A stretch of DNA of 58,702 bases, from positions 1-58,702 of the forward strand of contig JAFWDK010000011.1 in the NCBI GenBank assembly GCA_017513085.1. Direction: 5' to 3'. Origin of the DNA: Clostridiales bacterium. Lineage in GTDB: Bacteria; Bacillota; Clostridia; Saccharofermentanales; Saccharofermentanaceae. Of this stretch, positions 17,689 to 29,587 are shown one piece after another. The notes under the pieces were generated by a model. The model worked only from the letters and a program-made list of their open reading frames with translations. It searched no databases and was not told where the DNA came from. Made by a program: the position numbers and the translations under genes. Each line of letters starts with the position of its first letter. The stretch's first letter is position 1.

Positions 17689-20600
17689 TTAAGCATTGAT
17701 CGTCGCAATTCCCGGTATCGTTTCTTCGAGTACATCCAGCAGGATCTTGACCGTATCGAGCGAGGTAAAGATCGTCACACCATTCTGGATCGCACAGCGG
17801 CGGATCGCCACACCGTCTTCATAGTGCACACCGGAAAGGATCGCACGGGTGTTGATGATGTAACTTACATAACCGGCACGGATGGAATCGAGGATCTCGG
17901 TACTGCCCTCACTGAGCTTACCACGTACGCGGGTACGGATACCGTGATTCTTCAGGAAGTTTGCGGTACCGATCGTGGCTTCGATATTGAAACCAAGTTC
18001 ATAGAACCGGCGGATCAAAGGAAGTGCTTCTTCCTTATCCTCATCCGCCAACGTTACGATGACTGTACCGTAATCCTTCATCTTGATGCCCGAAGCCTGC
18101 AGCGCTTTGAAGAAAGCACGGTTCAGGCTCTTATCGTAGCCGATCGCCTCACCGGTCGACTTCATTTCCGGAGAAAGATATGCATCCATACCATCCAGTT
18201 TCTGGAAACTGAACGCAGGTGCTTTTACATACCAACGATCCGTCGTCTCCGGCGGAGTCAGCTTCGTGATGCCCTGATCAGCCAGGGACTCGCCCAGCAT
18301 GACGCGGGTCGCGATCGTAACCAGATTCTGATCGGTCGACTTAGAAAGGAACGGTACAGAACGGGAAGCGCGCGGATTGACCTCAATGACATAAACGCTG
18401 TCGTCCTTATCGACGATGAACTGGATGTTGAAAAGGCCCACAATGCCGATACCTAAGCCCAGGCGTGTAGTATAGTCACAGATCGTTTCTTTTACCTTAT
18501 CCGAAATCGAGAACGGCGGATATACACTCGTACTGTCACCACTATGGACACCGGTCCTCTCAACGAGTTCCATGATGCCCGGAATAAAGACTTCCTTGCC
18601 ATCGCAGATTGCATCGACCTCGACTTCTTTACCGACGAGATATTTGTCGATCAGGACCGGCTTATCTTCGTCCACTTCCACGGCGTTCTTCAGGTACTTC
18701 ACGAGCATCGTTTCATTTGCGACGATCTCCATGGCACGTCCGCCGAGCACGAAAGACGGACGGACAAGTACCGGATAACCGATCTTCTCAGCCACTTTGA
18801 TGCCGGTAGGAATATCGGTCACCGCTTCACCCTTCGGGTTCGGGATCTCGAGCGATTTGATCACGGCGTCAAAAGCATCTCTGTCTTCTGCTTTTTCGAT
18901 TGCTTCGGAGTCAGTGCCGATGATATGTACGCCGCGCTTGGTCAGTGAATCCGCAAGATTGACGGCTGTCTGTCCACCAAGTGTTACGATGACACCAAGC
19001 GGTTTTTCCAGTTCAATGATGTTCATGACATCTTCTGTGGTCAGCGGCTCAAAATAGAGTTTGTCGGCCGTTGTGTAGTCCGTGGATACCGTCTCCGGGT
19101 TGTTGTTGATCACGATAGCCTCGTAGCCCGCTTCCTGGATCGTTCTGACAGCGTGTACCGTCGAGTAGTCGAACTCGACACCCTGGCCGATACGGATCGG
19201 ACCGGAACCCAGAACGATGACTTTCTTTCTGTCGGAAACGATGGACTCGTTCTCGGAAGCATAGGTCGAGTAGAAATACGGAATATAACTGTCAAACTCG
19301 GAAGCACAGGAATCGATCATCTTATAGATCGGCGCGATCTTATTCTCACGGCGCATTTTGTAAATGTCGTCTTCAGTCTGCTTCCAAAGCTCTGCTACGT
19401 AGGAGTCGGAGAATCCCATTCTCTTTGCTTCGATCAGGTGTTCCAGCGAACCCACGTTCTCCTCCATCTCACGCTCGAAATCGACGATCTTCTTGATCTT
19501 ATCGAGGAAGAACATATCGATACCCGTGATGTTGCAGATACGGGAGTGATCGACACCCAGCCACATCAGTTGGGAGATCGCATAGATACGGTCATCGGTA
19601 CCTTCCTTGATGTACTCAAGAAGGTCGTCCACACTCATATGCTCAGAGTCGAACTTCGTCATATGGATATGGTTCTTGCTGTCCTCGAGAGAACGGATCG
19701 CCTTAAGAAGGCTCTCTTCAAAAGTACGGCCGACGCTCATGACCTCACCGGTTGCTTTCATCTGCGTGGAAAGCTTATTCATGGCTGCCGGGAATTTATC
19801 GAACGGGAATCTCGGCATTTTCGTGACCACATAGTCCAGTGCCGGTTCAAAACATGCCGGTGTATTGGCCAGTTTGATCTCATCGAGATTCATGCCGACT
19901 GCAATCTTCGCAGAAACGCGCGCGATCGGATAGCCGCTGGCTTTGGATGCAAGTGCGGAAGATCTGGACACACGTGGATTCACTTCAATGACATAGTACT
20001 TAAAGGAATGCGGGTCAAGCGCAAACTGACAGTTACAGCCGCCCTTTACGCCCAGCGCACGGATGATCTTTAGCGCACTGTCACGGAGCATGTGGTACTC
20101 CTTGTTCGTCAGCGTCTGGGAAGGCGCAACAACGATGGAGTCACCGGTATGAATGCCGACCGGATCGAGGTTCTCCATATTACATACCGTGATCGCCGTA
20201 TCGTTCGCATCACGGATGACCTCGTATTCGATCTCCTTATAACCCTTGATGCTCTTCTCCACCAAGACCTGATGCACAGGAGACAGAGCCAGCGCATTTT
20301 TCATCATGGAGGTCAGTTCTTCCGGATCGTTGGCAAAACCGCCGCCCGTACCACCAAGCGTAAATGCCGGACGAAGGATGACCGGATAACCGATCTTTTC
20401 CGCCGCCTCAAGGGCTTCTTCAATACTGTATGTGATCTGCGAAGGTACGACCGGCTCGCCGATTCTTTCGCAAAGCTCCTTGAAAAGCTCTCGGTCTTCG
20501 GCGCACTCGATACTCTTGGCGTCGGTGCCGAGCAGTTCGATCTCGCACTCTTCCAGTACGCCTTTCTTAGCAAGCTGCATCGCCAGGTTCAAGCCAGTCT

Positions 20601-20877
20601 GACCACCGATACCCGGAACGATGGCATCCGGACGTTCCAGACGGCAGATGCGCGCCAAATACTGCAGCGTCAACGGCTCCATGTACACTTTATCGGCAAT
20701 GGATGTGTCTGTCATGATCGTTGCCGGGTTACTGTTGGCAAGAATGACCTCATAACCTTCTTCTTTCAGAGCCAGGCACGCCTGCGTGCCTGCATAGTCG
20801 AACTCCGCCGCCTGACCGATCACGATCGGACCTGAACCGATCACGAGTACTTTGTGTATGTCTGTTCTCTTAGGCAT
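17689..20877 (-). CDS. carB: Carbamoyl-phosphate synthase large subunit
   Basis: [27 protein letters not shown]; two ATP-grasp halves ([19 protein letters not shown]); C-terminal MGS domain. GAGGTG RBS before ATG 20877. Confidence 0.97.
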   Translation of the reverse strand: MPKRTDIHKVLVIGSGPIVIGQAAEFDYAGTQACLALKEEGYEVILANSNPATIMTDTSIADKVYMEPLTLQYLARICRLERPDAIVPGIGGQTGLNLAMQLAKKGVLEECEIELLGTDAKSIECAEDRELFKELCERIGEPVVPSQITYSIEEALEAAEKIGYPVILRPAFTLGGTGGGFANDPEELTSMMKNALALSPVHQVLVEKSIKGYKEIEYEVIRDANDTAITVCNMENLDPVGIHTGDSIVVAPSQTLTNKEYHMLRDSALKIIRALGVKGGCNCQFALDPHSFKYYVIEVNPRVSRSSALASKASGYPIARVSAKIAVGMNLDEIKLANTPACFEPALDYVVTKMPRFPFDKFPAAMNKLSTQMKATGEVMSVGRTFEESLLKAIRSLEDSKNHIHMTKFDSEHMSVDDLLEYIKEGTDDRIYAISQLMWLGVDHSRICNITGIDMFFLDKIKKIVDFEREMEENVGSLEHLIEAKRMGFSDSYVAELWKQTEDDIYKMRRENKIAPIYKMIDSCASEFDSYIPYFYSTYASENESIVSDRKKVIVLGSGPIRIGQGVEFDYSTVHAVRTIQEAGYEAIVINNNPETVSTDYTTADKLYFEPLTTEDVMNIIELEKPLGVIVTLGGQTAVNLADSLTKRGVHIIGTDSEAIEKAEDRDAFDAVIKSLEIPNPKGEAVTDIPTGIKVAEKIGYPVLVRPSFVLGGRAMEIVANETMLVKYLKNAVEVDEDKPVLIDKYLVGKEVEVDAICDGKEVFIPGIMELVERTGVHSGDSTSVYPPFSISDKVKETICDYTTRLGLGIGIVGLFNIQFIVDKDDSVYVIEVNPRASRSVPFLSKSTDQNLVTIATRVMLGESLADQGITKLTPPETTDRWYVKAPAFSFQKLDGMDAYLSPEMKSTGEAIGYDKSLNRAFFKALQASGIKMKDYGTVIVTLADEDKEEALPLIRRFYELGFNIEATIGTANFLKNHGIRTRVRGKLSEGSTEILDSIRAGYVSYIINTRAILSGVHYEDGVAIRRCAIQNGVTIFTSLDTVKILLDVLEETIPGIATINA

Positions 20878-21979
20878 TGTCACGCACCTCGCTTTCCTTA
20901 TTTGCTGCAAGAATAGAAGTAAACTTCTCGAAAAGGTAACTGCTGTCCTGCGGACCCGGCGCGCTCTCCGGGTGATACTGCACGGAGAAGACCTTGTCTT
21001 CCTTGCACTCGACGCCCTCTACAGTGTTATCGAGAATATTGATATGCGTGGCTTGAAGTTTCGTGCCCGCAAGGCTCTCCAGATCAACGGCGTAACTATG
21101 GTTCTGGGACGTGATCTCGATCTTTCCTGTTTCCAGATTCTTGACCGGGTGGTTGCCGCCACGGTGACCGAACTTCAGTTTATAGGTCTTCGCCCCGTAC
21201 GCCAGGGAGATCATCTGATGACCAAGACAGATACCGAAGATCGGGAACTTGCCGGCCAGTGCTTTTACCGTGGAAATAACAGGCGTCACGTCCTCCGGAT
21301 CTCCAGGGCCGTTGCTTAAGAAAATGCCGTCCGGCTTCATGAACTCGATTTCATCCGGCGTCGTGTCAAATGGCACTACCGTGACATTACAGCCGTAGGA
21401 ATTGAGTTTGCGGATGATATTGAGCTTGATGCCGCAGTCGATAGCGACAACATTGTATTTCGGGTTCGGCGTACGGGAGTACCAGCGCTTCTTGCAGCTG
21501 ACGCGGGAGACCTGGTCGTGCGGGACCGGTGTGTCTTTGATCTTTTGGAGTGCCTCTTCCACACTCGTATCGATCGACGTCATGATCACGCGGCGTGAAC
21601 CGAGATCACGGATGCTCCGGGTAATCTGGCGGGTATCCACACCGAAGATACCCGGAATATTATTTTCCTCCATCTCTTCGGAAAGCGTCTTGGTGTAGCG
21701 GAAGTTGCTCGGCATATCGTTATAGTCTCCGACGATCATGCCGCCGATGCTTGGGTTCTTGCACTCAAAGTCATCATCTGTGATACCGTAGTTTCCGATC
21801 AACGGGTAAGTCATCACGACCATCTGGTCCGTATAGGAAGGATCGGAAAGGATCTCCTGATACCCGACCATCGAAGTATTGAACACGATCTCGCAGACGC
21901 GTTCCACATCTGCACCGAATCCATATCCTTCGTAAAAACTGCCATCCTCAAGAACGATCTTCCGGTCTTTCTTTCTCAT
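20870..21979 (-). CDS. carA: Carbamoyl-phosphate synthase small subunit
   Basis: [28 protein letters not shown] and QYHPE motifs. GGAGG RBS before ATG 21979. Confidence 0.97.
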   Translation of the reverse strand: MRKKDRKIVLEDGSFYEGYGFGADVERVCEIVFNTSMVGYQEILSDPSYTDQMVVMTYPLIGNYGITDDDFECKNPSIGGMIVGDYNDMPSNFRYTKTLSEEMEENNIPGIFGVDTRQITRSIRDLGSRRVIMTSIDTSVEEALQKIKDTPVPHDQVSRVSCKKRWYSRTPNPKYNVVAIDCGIKLNIIRKLNSYGCNVTVVPFDTTPDEIEFMKPDGIFLSNGPGDPEDVTPVISTVKALAGKFPIFGICLGHQMISLAYGAKTYKLKFGHRGGNHPVKNLETGKIEITSQNHSYAVDLESLAGTKLQATHINILDNTVEGVECKEDKVFSVQYHPESAPGPQDSSYLFEKFTSILAANKESEVRDNA

Positions 21980-22001
21980 AACGCCCTCCAGTGCTTCTCG
22001 C

Positions 22002-22186
22002 AAAAAAAGACGCCCCCTGCATGCTCAAGATCAAGCATGTGCGAACGTCTTTGTTCCACTATTTTCAGTCGATATAATCTGTTGTAAGCCTTGCATTCCC
22101 GTACTTCTTCATCATCTGCGGCGCACTCATGGCGCGCCACGCAATTTCTTAACGGGAATTATAGTAATATGCCCTTCGTCTGTCAA
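22002..22186 (-). promoter_or_regulatory. carAB promoter and structured leader with premature terminator (attenuator)
   Basis: TTGACA (22186-22181), 17 bp, TATAAT (22163-22158). GC hairpin at 22117-22143. Terminator at 22002-22052 ends in U7 about 23 nt before the start codon. Confidence 0.75.
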
Positions 22187-22237
22187 TGCAACTTCGGAAG
22201 AAAATATTATCGATTTCTGCCCTTTACCGGAATGGCT

Positions 22238-23011
22238 TTATTTCTGGCAGGCTTCCTTCATTTCCTTGACAAAAGCACCTATGCTTGCAGGTGCGTCAGT
22301 GCCTTTTTCTTCCAGGATCCGGATGACTGCCGATCCGACGATGACACCGTCTGCCACCTTGGCCATTTTCGAGGCGGTCTCCGGATTGGAGATGCCGAAT
22401 CCGATCGCGCACGGCACATCCGTGACTTCGCGGATCTTCTTGACCACTTCGCTCAGGTCATTTGAGAACGAGGAGCGGACGCCTGTCACGCCCAGGCTGG
22501 AAACGATATAGATAAAGCCTTTCGCTTCTTTTGCGATCATGGAAACACGATTCTCGGAAGTCGGGGCGACCATGGAGATCAGATCCACATCATACTGCTC
22601 GCAGAATGGTTCGAACTCTTCTTTCTCTTCAAAAGGAACGTCCGGGACGATCAGTCCGTCGATGCCGATCTCACTGCACGTCTTGATGAAACGGTCCGAA
22701 CCGTAGGAGAACACAACATTCGCGTAAGTCATGAACACCAACGGGATCGTGACTTCTTTTCTGATCTTTCTGACCAGTTCGAACACTTTGTCGGTCGTGA
22801 TGCCACCGGCCAGCGCACGGATGTTCGCACCCTGGATCACCGGTCCTTCCGCAGTCGGATCTGAAAAAGGAATACCCAGTTCGATCAGATCCGCGCCGTT
22901 TTGCGCCGCAGCAAGAACGGCCCGGTAGGTAGTCTCCACATCCGGATCACCGCAGGTAATAAACGGGATGAATGCTTTTCCATTCTGAAAAGCCTCTTTT
23001 ATTTTACTCAT
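22238..23011 (-). CDS. trpA: Tryptophan synthase alpha chain
   Basis: [30 protein letters not shown] and GFGIS motifs. Start reassigned to ATG 23011. Confidence 0.97.
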   Translation of the reverse strand: MSKIKEAFQNGKAFIPFITCGDPDVETTYRAVLAAAQNGADLIELGIPFSDPTAEGPVIQGANIRALAGGITTDKVFELVRKIRKEVTIPLVFMTYANVVFSYGSDRFIKTCSEIGIDGLIVPDVPFEEKEEFEPFCEQYDVDLISMVAPTSENRVSMIAKEAKGFIYIVSSLGVTGVRSSFSNDLSEVVKKIREVTDVPCAIGFGISNPETASKMAKVADGVIVGSAVIRILEEKGTDAPASIGAFVKEMKEACQK

Positions 23012-24200
23012 AGATATTCTCTCCTCTGTATCTGGCAATCGCCGCGCAATCCTTGTCACCTCTTCCGGAAACCGTGACGACAATGATCTTATCTTTGTCC
23101 ATGGTCGGCGCGAGCTTCATGGCGTAAGCGATCGCGTGCGAAGATTCAATGGCCGGAATAATGCCCTCTGTCCGGGACAGATACTCAAATGCATCTACCG
23201 CTTCATCGTCTGTGACCGGCACATAAGATGCCCGGCCGATATCGTGAAGATGTGCGTGCTCCGGTCCGACACCCGGATAATCCAGGCCGGCCGAAATGGA
23301 ATAAACCGGAGCGATCTGACCATATTCATCCTGACAGAAGTAAGACTTCATGCCATGGAAGATACCCAGTTTTCCGGTATTGACCGTAGCCGCGGTTTCA
23401 AATGTATCGATACCTCTTCCTGCCGCTTCGCAGCCGATCAGCTGTACATCCTTGTCTTCAATAAAGTGGTAAAAAGAACCGATCGCGTTGCTTCCGCCGC
23501 CTACGCATGCCATGACGACATCCGGAAGGCGTCCTTCTTTTTCCAGCATCTGCTGTTTGATCTCTTTGGAAATTACAGCCTGAAAATCACGTACGATCGT
23601 CGGGAACGGATGCGGGCCCATAACAGAACCTAAGCAGTAATGTGTATCGGAAACCCGGGTCGTCCACTCGCGCATCGCCTCCGAAACCGCGTCCTTCAAG
23701 GTCGCCGTACCGGTCTTGACCGGCACCACAGATGCGCCCAGCAGCTTCATGCGGTACACATTCAGTGCCTGTCTCTTCGTATCCTCTTCACCCATAAAGA
23801 CGACACATTCCATCCCCATCAGCGCCGCAGCAGTCGCCGTCGCCACACCATGCTGGCCGGCGCCCGTCTCTGCGATCAAGCGTGTCTTACCCATCTTCTT
23901 TGCCAGCAGTGCCTGTCCCAGCACATTATTGACCTTATGCGCACCGGTATGGTTTAAATCTTCTCTCTTAAGATAGATCTTCGCACCGCCAAGATCCTCG
24001 GTCATCTTCTTTGCATAATAAAGAAGCGACGGACGATTGGCATACTCATTAAAAAGCGTCTCAAGCTCCTTCTGGAACTCCGGGTCGTTCTTGTAATGCT
24101 CGTATGCCTCTTCCAGTTCATGAACAGCATTCATCAGAGTCTCAGGAATATACTGTCCTCCATGTATGCCGAATCTTCCTTTTTTATCCACTTTACTCAT
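23004..24200 (-). CDS. trpB: Tryptophan synthase beta chain
   Basis: [31 protein letters not shown] and [13 protein letters not shown] motifs. Confidence 0.98.
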   Translation of the reverse strand: MSKVDKKGRFGIHGGQYIPETLMNAVHELEEAYEHYKNDPEFQKELETLFNEYANRPSLLYYAKKMTEDLGGAKIYLKREDLNHTGAHKVNNVLGQALLAKKMGKTRLIAETGAGQHGVATATAAALMGMECVVFMGEEDTKRQALNVYRMKLLGASVVPVKTGTATLKDAVSEAMREWTTRVSDTHYCLGSVMGPHPFPTIVRDFQAVISKEIKQQMLEKEGRLPDVVMACVGGGSNAIGSFYHFIEDKDVQLIGCEAAGRGIDTFETAATVNTGKLGIFHGMKSYFCQDEYGQIAPVYSISAGLDYPGVGPEHAHLHDIGRASYVPVTDDEAVDAFEYLSRTEGIIPAIESSHAIAYAMKLAPTMDKDKIIVVTVSGRGDKDCAAIARYRGENIYE

Positions 24201-24796
24201 CCTTTCCTCAAAAGCTCCATAAAGGAGCGCATCTTCTCTTCATCTTTTTTTCCGTCCGTCTCGATCCCGGAACTCACGTCCACTCCAAAAGGATGCAACA
24301 TCCGAACGGCCTCTTCTATGTTTTCCGTATTCAAGCCACCGGCCAGAATATACGGTCTTTTCACATCTTTCAAGCATCGCCAGCCAAAAGTCTCTCCCGT
24401 TCCGCCTCCCGGCGAGTCCAGGAGTACCAGATCCGCTTCACAAGTTTCCACCTTCAGCAGATCTCCCTGATCGCGTACCCCAAAAGCCTTGATCACTTTC
24501 GCGCCCGTCGCCCTCTTCAGTTCACGGATATACGCATCGGATTCATTCCCGTGAAGCTGCGCGATATCTATAATACCGCGACTTAGAAGATCCTGCACGA
24601 CCCGTATATCTTCATCGATAAAAACACCGACGGCCTTTATCTCCGGCAAAAGCACTCGCCTTAGTTCTTGTATCGTTTCCGGCGCGACGTATCTTCTTCT
24701 GCCCGGCACCAGTATAAACCCGACAAGATCCGGTCTCACACGGTTCACAGCTTCGATGTCCTCTTTTCTCTGCATACCGCAATACTTAACGATCAA
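24197..24796 (-). CDS. trpF: Phosphoribosylanthranilate isomerase
   Basis: [30 protein letters not shown] and GVDVSSGIE motifs. TTG start at 24796, 8 nt after AGGAGGT. Confidence 0.93.
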   Translation of the reverse strand: MIVKYCGMQRKEDIEAVNRVRPDLVGFILVPGRRRYVAPETIQELRRVLLPEIKAVGVFIDEDIRVVQDLLSRGIIDIAQLHGNESDAYIRELKRATGAKVIKAFGVRDQGDLLKVETCEADLVLLDSPGGGTGETFGWRCLKDVKRPYILAGGLNTENIEEAVRMLHPFGVDVSSGIETDGKKDEEKMRSFMELLRKG

Positions 24797-24888
24797 GCAC
24801 GCGCACCTCCTTCGCCGTAACGGACCTTCTGCCCCGCCCCTGGACTTGCTGTCCCGTTCGAGAGCCAGCCAGCCCCTTTGCCGAGGAA

Positions 24889-25165
24889 ACAAAAAATCCT
24901 CGACAGAACTCCATTCTTTCTGTCAAGGACGATTCAAAATCGCGGTGCCACCTTGATTCACGACCCTAGCCGTGCACTTAGCAGGATACCAACATATCCC
25001 CGGCAAGTAACGTATGCCCTCACGTTGCAGAATACTTTGCATCACGCATTTGACTGCACCCTCAGCGGTCCATTTGATGACTTGTTTTCCACCGGTCTCT
25101 CATCCACACCGGCTCTCTGTAGGAGCATCATCACCGTTATCTCCGCGTCAACGGTTTCTCATATC
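24889..25165 (-). ncRNA. Trp T-box riboswitch upstream of trpFBA
   Basis: Stem I with AGAGA and GAUGAG motifs; UGG specifier (25072-25070); T-box AAGGUGGCACCGCG (24954-24941); terminator 24891-24929. Promoter TTTACA-17-TATTAT (25200-25172). Confidence 0.93.
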
Positions 25166-25347
25166 AGCAGAATAATACCACGAGCCGGAGATATTGTAAA
25201 TAGGCGCACAGATTCCGCAAGCCCCGCGGCGTCGCAAAGCACAAGGCATGATAATTTTGTATTCATAATTTTTTCCTTCTTCTCTTTCTTTTGCTAGTAA
25301 AGGATAACATAAAAAAGGCTATCAGAAAACTCATAACAATATACATC

Positions 25348-25388
25348 AAAAAACCTCTTGCGACGGGGGATCCGCATCGCAAGAGGTT
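25348..25388 (-). terminator. Intrinsic terminator of the DUF4214 gene
   Basis: AACCTCTTGCGA / TCGCAAGAGGTT stem with a U-run on the minus strand. Confidence 0.85.
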
Positions 25389-25412
25389 ATATCGTTTTAG
25401 TAAAAGCAGACG

Positions 25413-27557
25413 TTAGATCGTTCCCCGATCGATACCATATTTCTTGCAGATTTTGGTAAATTCAGGAGACTGACCGAAGAAAGCCATGACACTGGCTCGC
25501 GTCTGTGTGCCCTTAGCGATCTCGCCTGTCCAGTAAGCTACTTCCGAAGCTTCCGGATCACGTCCCATAAAGGTCGTATACAGACGCTTGACGTACTCGG
25601 TATTGTTCAGTTTGAAATTCACAAACTCGTCACTGGTAAAGAAAAGTTTGGCAGCCGAGCAACCGGTCTGCTCGAGGTTGGTCAGAGCAAGCGACCAGTA
25701 CTGAAGGCCCTTCGGCTCCGGATCTCTTCCCAGACAGCATGTATAAAGTCTTGTTGCAAAATTGATTGCATTCTTCGACGCAAACTCCGCCTTGTGGTAA
25801 ATTGCGCCGGACTTGACGCCATATGTCGCGCAGACATTACACCATTCGGTGGATTCAATAAAATTGTTCACGACATCCTGACGTGTCACACCAACTTTCA
25901 AGCGGTCCAACCAGTATAGTTTGCCGGCAGCATCGGATTTACGATCATAAAACGTCTTGTAAAGGACTTCCAGGAAGTCATCATCGTCCATGGCACGGTT
26001 CAGGAACTCCGGTGCATCGAGCAAGAAGAAACGTGCACAATCCGCACCATTATATTCACCATTAACTACCTTGGCCACCCAGAATTTCTTGCCTTCCGGA
26101 TCGGAAGGACGATCAAGCGCAACCGAATAAAGTCTCTCGACAAAATCTTCGAAAGTCGGGTCCTTATCAGGCGCTGATGTCGGAGTCGGCTGTCCCGGAG
26201 CGGTCGTTGGAGTCGGCTGTCCCGGTGCGGTCGTCGGTGTAACGGAAGGCTCCGTGGTCGGAGTCGGCGACACAGTCGGGGCTTCCGTAGGCGTCGGAGT
26301 CGGCGACAAGGTAGGTGCTTTTGTAGGCGTTTTTGTAGGAATCGGCTTATCATTTAAATATGTGTATGAGCCTTTCCAGGTCGAAGAGATCTGCAGCCGG
26401 CGGGCATAACTGCCACTACAAGCACAGAGGCTGACTTCGTAAGCGCCACTTTCAAAATCGTTTTTCCAGCAGACCTCTTTAAGATCCACGCTTGTGCCGG
26501 ATACGATTCCGGTGAAAGTACCGATCTTGAATTGATAAAGAGTGGCAAGTGGAAAAGCACTCCACGTCATCACGCCTTCAGATGAGATCTCAACATCAAA
26601 CATTTCTGCAAGCGATTTATTATATGTTAAAACCGGACTGGTTACCCAATCACTACAAGCGGAACCATGCTTAAATGCTCTTACCCGGAATGTGTAAGTG
26701 TGTTCCCCTTCACGGAAATGGTCCATCATATCATCCTGGTTGTTATATGAGAGTATGTTTTGATAAATGCGTTCGTCACCCTCATAAAGCTCAATTTCAT
26801 AATACACATCTTCGTCATTCGCCGGATCCCATACTGCCTGAGTTTCATCCCAGCGAACGTTCTGTGGCTTATTGACCGTAGGATCCGATGATACATATGT
26901 ATATGTACCCTCCCAGGTTGCAGAACTCTGGTATTGACCCAGAGAATCGTTATCGTTGGAATATGCGCACAGAGTAATCTCATACTCACCACTATTCAGG
27001 CCAAAGAAATGTATAAGTTGATCCAGATCCTCAGAGATCGCACCGAAATGCCAGGAAACATTCGAATCAACAGTAATTCTATATTTCTCTGCATCCGGAA
27101 ACTTTTGCCACTTTAATACACTCTCTTCGAGCCTTACGTTTTGTATTTCAGGCAGACTCTTATCGTATGTGAATTTCGCGCTAGTCCCGAAATCACTATC
27201 GTCGTAGTAGGGGGCACTTGCGTTCACCTCGATCGTGTAAGTGTGCTGACCTTCTAAAAGCCATCTGTGCAAACTCACATGAGGGGTCATAATATTCTGG
27301 AAGACCTTGATCGTTTCTTCACCTTCCATAAGGTAAATACTGTAAGTTCTCGCATTCGTTACTGCATCCCAAACTGCATCTGTACCATTCCATCTGACAT
27401 TTTGCGGTGTATCCAGCTTGCTCTGTACCACAGGATCCGTGGCCGCCTGTACCGGACGTGAAGTCCACGGCATAACGGAAAAGAACAGAAGCACAGCCAA
27501 AAGCGCACAAAGTAATTTACTTCGGGATCGTCTCATTGTTGTCATCCTCACTTCCAT
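25413..27557 (-). CDS. Secreted cell-surface protein: tandem FN3-like beta domains, Pro/Thr linker and C-terminal DUF4214 (S-layer-like) repeats
   Basis: Signal peptide ending VQA; twice-repeated PQNVRW...W module; PTPT linker; FVERLY..ALDR..D..G..FW repeats ending ICKKYGIDRGTI. The true start may be ATG 27545 or 27536. Confidence 0.82.
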   Translation of the reverse strand: MEVRMTTMRRSRSKLLCALLAVLLFFSVMPWTSRPVQAATDPVVQSKLDTPQNVRWNGTDAVWDAVTNARTYSIYLMEGEETIKVFQNIMTPHVSLHRWLLEGQHTYTIEVNASAPYYDDSDFGTSAKFTYDKSLPEIQNVRLEESVLKWQKFPDAEKYRITVDSNVSWHFGAISEDLDQLIHFFGLNSGEYEITLCAYSNDNDSLGQYQSSATWEGTYTYVSSDPTVNKPQNVRWDETQAVWDPANDEDVYYEIELYEGDERIYQNILSYNNQDDMMDHFREGEHTYTFRVRAFKHGSACSDWVTSPVLTYNKSLAEMFDVEISSEGVMTWSAFPLATLYQFKIGTFTGIVSGTSVDLKEVCWKNDFESGAYEVSLCACSGSYARRLQISSTWKGSYTYLNDKPIPTKTPTKAPTLSPTPTPTEAPTVSPTPTTEPSVTPTTAPGQPTPTTAPGQPTPTSAPDKDPTFEDFVERLYSVALDRPSDPEGKKFWVAKVVNGEYNGADCARFFLLDAPEFLNRAMDDDDFLEVLYKTFYDRKSDAAGKLYWLDRLKVGVTRQDVVNNFIESTEWCNVCATYGVKSGAIYHKAEFASKNAINFATRLYTCCLGRDPEPKGLQYWSLALTNLEQTGCSAAKLFFTSDEFVNFKLNNTEYVKRLYTTFMGRDPEASEVAYWTGEIAKGTQTRASVMAFFGQSPEFTKICKKYGIDRGTI
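26179..26232. repeat. 27-bp tandem repeat (2 copies) within the Pro/Thr linker
   Basis: GTCGGAGTCGGCTGTCCCGGAGCGGTC and GTTGGAGTCGGCTGTCCCGGTGCGGTC, encoding TAPGQPTPT twice. Confidence 0.85.
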
Positions 27558-27742
27558 AGTGTCTTAAAATGCATGTAGTCAAAAAGCAGGCAAAAGTTTC
27601 TCCACCGCCTGTTTTTTTACCAACCTTTTCGGAGCGATTGTATCACACCCTGTCACAAAAAATTCTAACATGATATGGAAATTCAGATTTTCTTCACATT
27701 GGTTTCGTTTTTGTTCTTTTTACACAGAACCTGCCGTGCTTC

Positions 27743-28543
27743 TCACTTTCCGAGGATCTCCGCCACAAAAGCACTCTTATCAGGGCTTTTCATGATGGCC
27801 TCACCTATGAGGATCGCGTCGACTTTTTCCTTCTCCAAAACCACCACATCCTCACGGCTGTGCACACCGCTTTCCGCGACAAATACTATATCGGACGGGA
27901 TCTTTTCACGAAGCCGCAGGCAGTTGGATGGATCCACTTGGAAATTTTTGAGGTCGCGGTTATTGACACCGATGATCCTTGCACCGGCGGCAATGGCCAT
28001 GTCCACTTCGTTCTCGTCGTGTGCTTCAACCAGCGCGGAAAGATGCAGTTGATCGCAGAGCGCGTGGTATCTTTTCAACGAAGGCAGATCCAGGATCGAG
28101 CAGATCAGAAGCACGGCCGACGCGCCGGAGATCTTGGCTTCGTAGATCATATACTCATCTACGGTAAAATCTTTTCTCAGACAAGGGATCGAGACCTTCC
28201 GGGAGATCTCGGAAAGATATGAAAGATCTCCCAGGAACCACTGCGGCTCCGTCAGAACGGAAATCGCCGAAGCGCCTGCCTTCTCGTATTCTTTGGCAAT
28301 CTGAAGATATGGAAAATCTTCTGCGATAATGCCCTTTGATGGCGAGGCCTTCTTACATTCACAGATCAAAGAGATGCCTTCCTTCCGAAGTGCTGCTTCA
28401 AAAGGAAAGACCTTCCCGTCAAAGTCTTCCTGCTCCGCGAGTTCAAATGCTGCCCGGCGGATATCTTCCGTCGGGAGCGTCTGTTTAGCGATTCTCACCC
28501 GTTCTTTCGTTGCTTCCGCAATCGTATCCAGGATCGTACTCAT
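27743..28543 (-). CDS. trpC: Indole-3-glycerol phosphate synthase
   Basis: ICECKKASPSKG, ISVLTEP, LRKDF, GVNNRDL and AESG motifs. Confidence 0.97.
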   Translation of the reverse strand: MSTILDTIAEATKERVRIAKQTLPTEDIRRAAFELAEQEDFDGKVFPFEAALRKEGISLICECKKASPSKGIIAEDFPYLQIAKEYEKAGASAISVLTEPQWFLGDLSYLSEISRKVSIPCLRKDFTVDEYMIYEAKISGASAVLLICSILDLPSLKRYHALCDQLHLSALVEAHDENEVDMAIAAGARIIGVNNRDLKNFQVDPSNCLRLREKIPSDIVFVAESGVHSREDVVVLEKEKVDAILIGEAIMKSPDKSAFVAEILGK

Positions 28544-28564
28544 CTTCTGTCCTCTTTTCTCTTC

Positions 28565-29587
28565 TTACTTATTGGATTCTTCGATGAAAGATTCCATTGC
28601 TTGGAGAGCTGCGCCATTGTCGATCAGCTCCGCGGCGAGCTTGATGCCTTCCGCGATCGAGTCAGCTTTACCCCCTACATAGATCGCCGCGCCGGCGTTC
28701 ATGAGGACCGCGTTTCTCTTGGCATCCCGGATCTTACCGGAAAGGATATCCCGCGTGATCTGCGCATTCTCTTCCGGCGTGCCGCCAACCAGTTCCTCTT
28801 TCTTGCAACGTTCGAAGCCGAAATCCTCCGGACGGATCGCATAGCTGGCAAACATGCCTTCATTCAGTTCACATACCAACGTCTCGGAAGACATGGAGAT
28901 CTCATCCAGCTTATCCATACCATATACGACCAGAGCTCTTCTAACGCCCAGATTTTTAAGTACCCGAGCTACGGTATCGACCAGGTATCCGTCATATACA
29001 CCGAGGAGGAAATACTCCGGAGATGCAGGGTTCGTCAAAGGTCCCAAAATGTTGAACACCGTACGGAAACCGAGTTCTTTGCGGATCGGTCCGACATATT
29101 TCATCGCACTGTGGTACTTCTGCGCAAACAGGAAAGCAAAACCACTCTTCTCGAGAAGACCGGGCACCTTCTCCGGTTCGATAGAGATATTCGCGCCCAA
29201 AGCTTCGAGGCAATCTGCCGTGCCGGATTTCGAAGACGCCGCACGGTTACCATGCTTGGCCACCTTGATGCCGGAAGCCGCAATGACGAAAGCGGAAGTT
29301 GTCGAAATATTGAAGCTGTGCGCACCGTCACCACCTGTACCCACGATCTCCAGAACCTCCATGCCCGGGTGCGGTGCTTTTGTCGCTTTGCTCCGCATCG
29401 CCGCCGCACAGCCGGAGATCTCATCGATCGTCTCGGCACGAGCGCTCTTGGTCGAAAGCGCCGCGAGGAAAGCCGCATTCTGTGTCGGTGTCGTCTGTCC
29501 GCTCATGATCTCATTCATGACTGTATATGCTTCGTCATAGGTCAGGTCTTCTTTGTTTACGATTTTGATAATGCCCTCTTTAATCAT
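28565..29587 (-). CDS. trpD: Anthranilate phosphoribosyltransferase
   Basis: [26 protein letters not shown] and [13 protein letters not shown] motifs. Confidence 0.97.
   Translation of the reverse strand: MIKEGIIKIVNKEDLTYDEAYTVMNEIMSGQTTPTQNAAFLAALSTKSARAETIDEISGCAAAMRSKATKAPHPGMEVLEIVGTGGDGAHSFNISTTSAFVIAASGIKVAKHGNRAASSKSGTADCLEALGANISIEPEKVPGLLEKSGFAFLFAQKYHSAMKYVGPIRKELGFRTVFNILGPLTNPASPEYFLLGVYDGYLVDTVARVLKNLGVRRALVVYGMDKLDEISMSSETLVCELNEGMFASYAIRPEDFGFERCKKEELVGGTPEENAQITRDILSGKIRDAKRNAVLMNAGAAIYVGGKADSIAEGIKLAAELIDNGAALQAMESFIEESNK

Noticed and set aside
22050-22080. CGACUG...AAUAGUGGAA in the carA leader resembles part of a ZTP (pfl) aptamer, and UGGAAC resembles a T-box bulge
   Set aside because: It lacks the RCGG, the CCAC stem partner and the 3' CGYCUGGGC pseudoknot, and there is no T-box stem I or specifier loop.
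26170-26345. Repetitive DNA that could be mistaken for a CRISPR or repeat array (also the linkers at 3400-3570 and 32740-33000)
   Set aside because: These are in-frame Pro/Thr or Ser/Thr/Glu linker codons with no spacers, and there are no cas genes.
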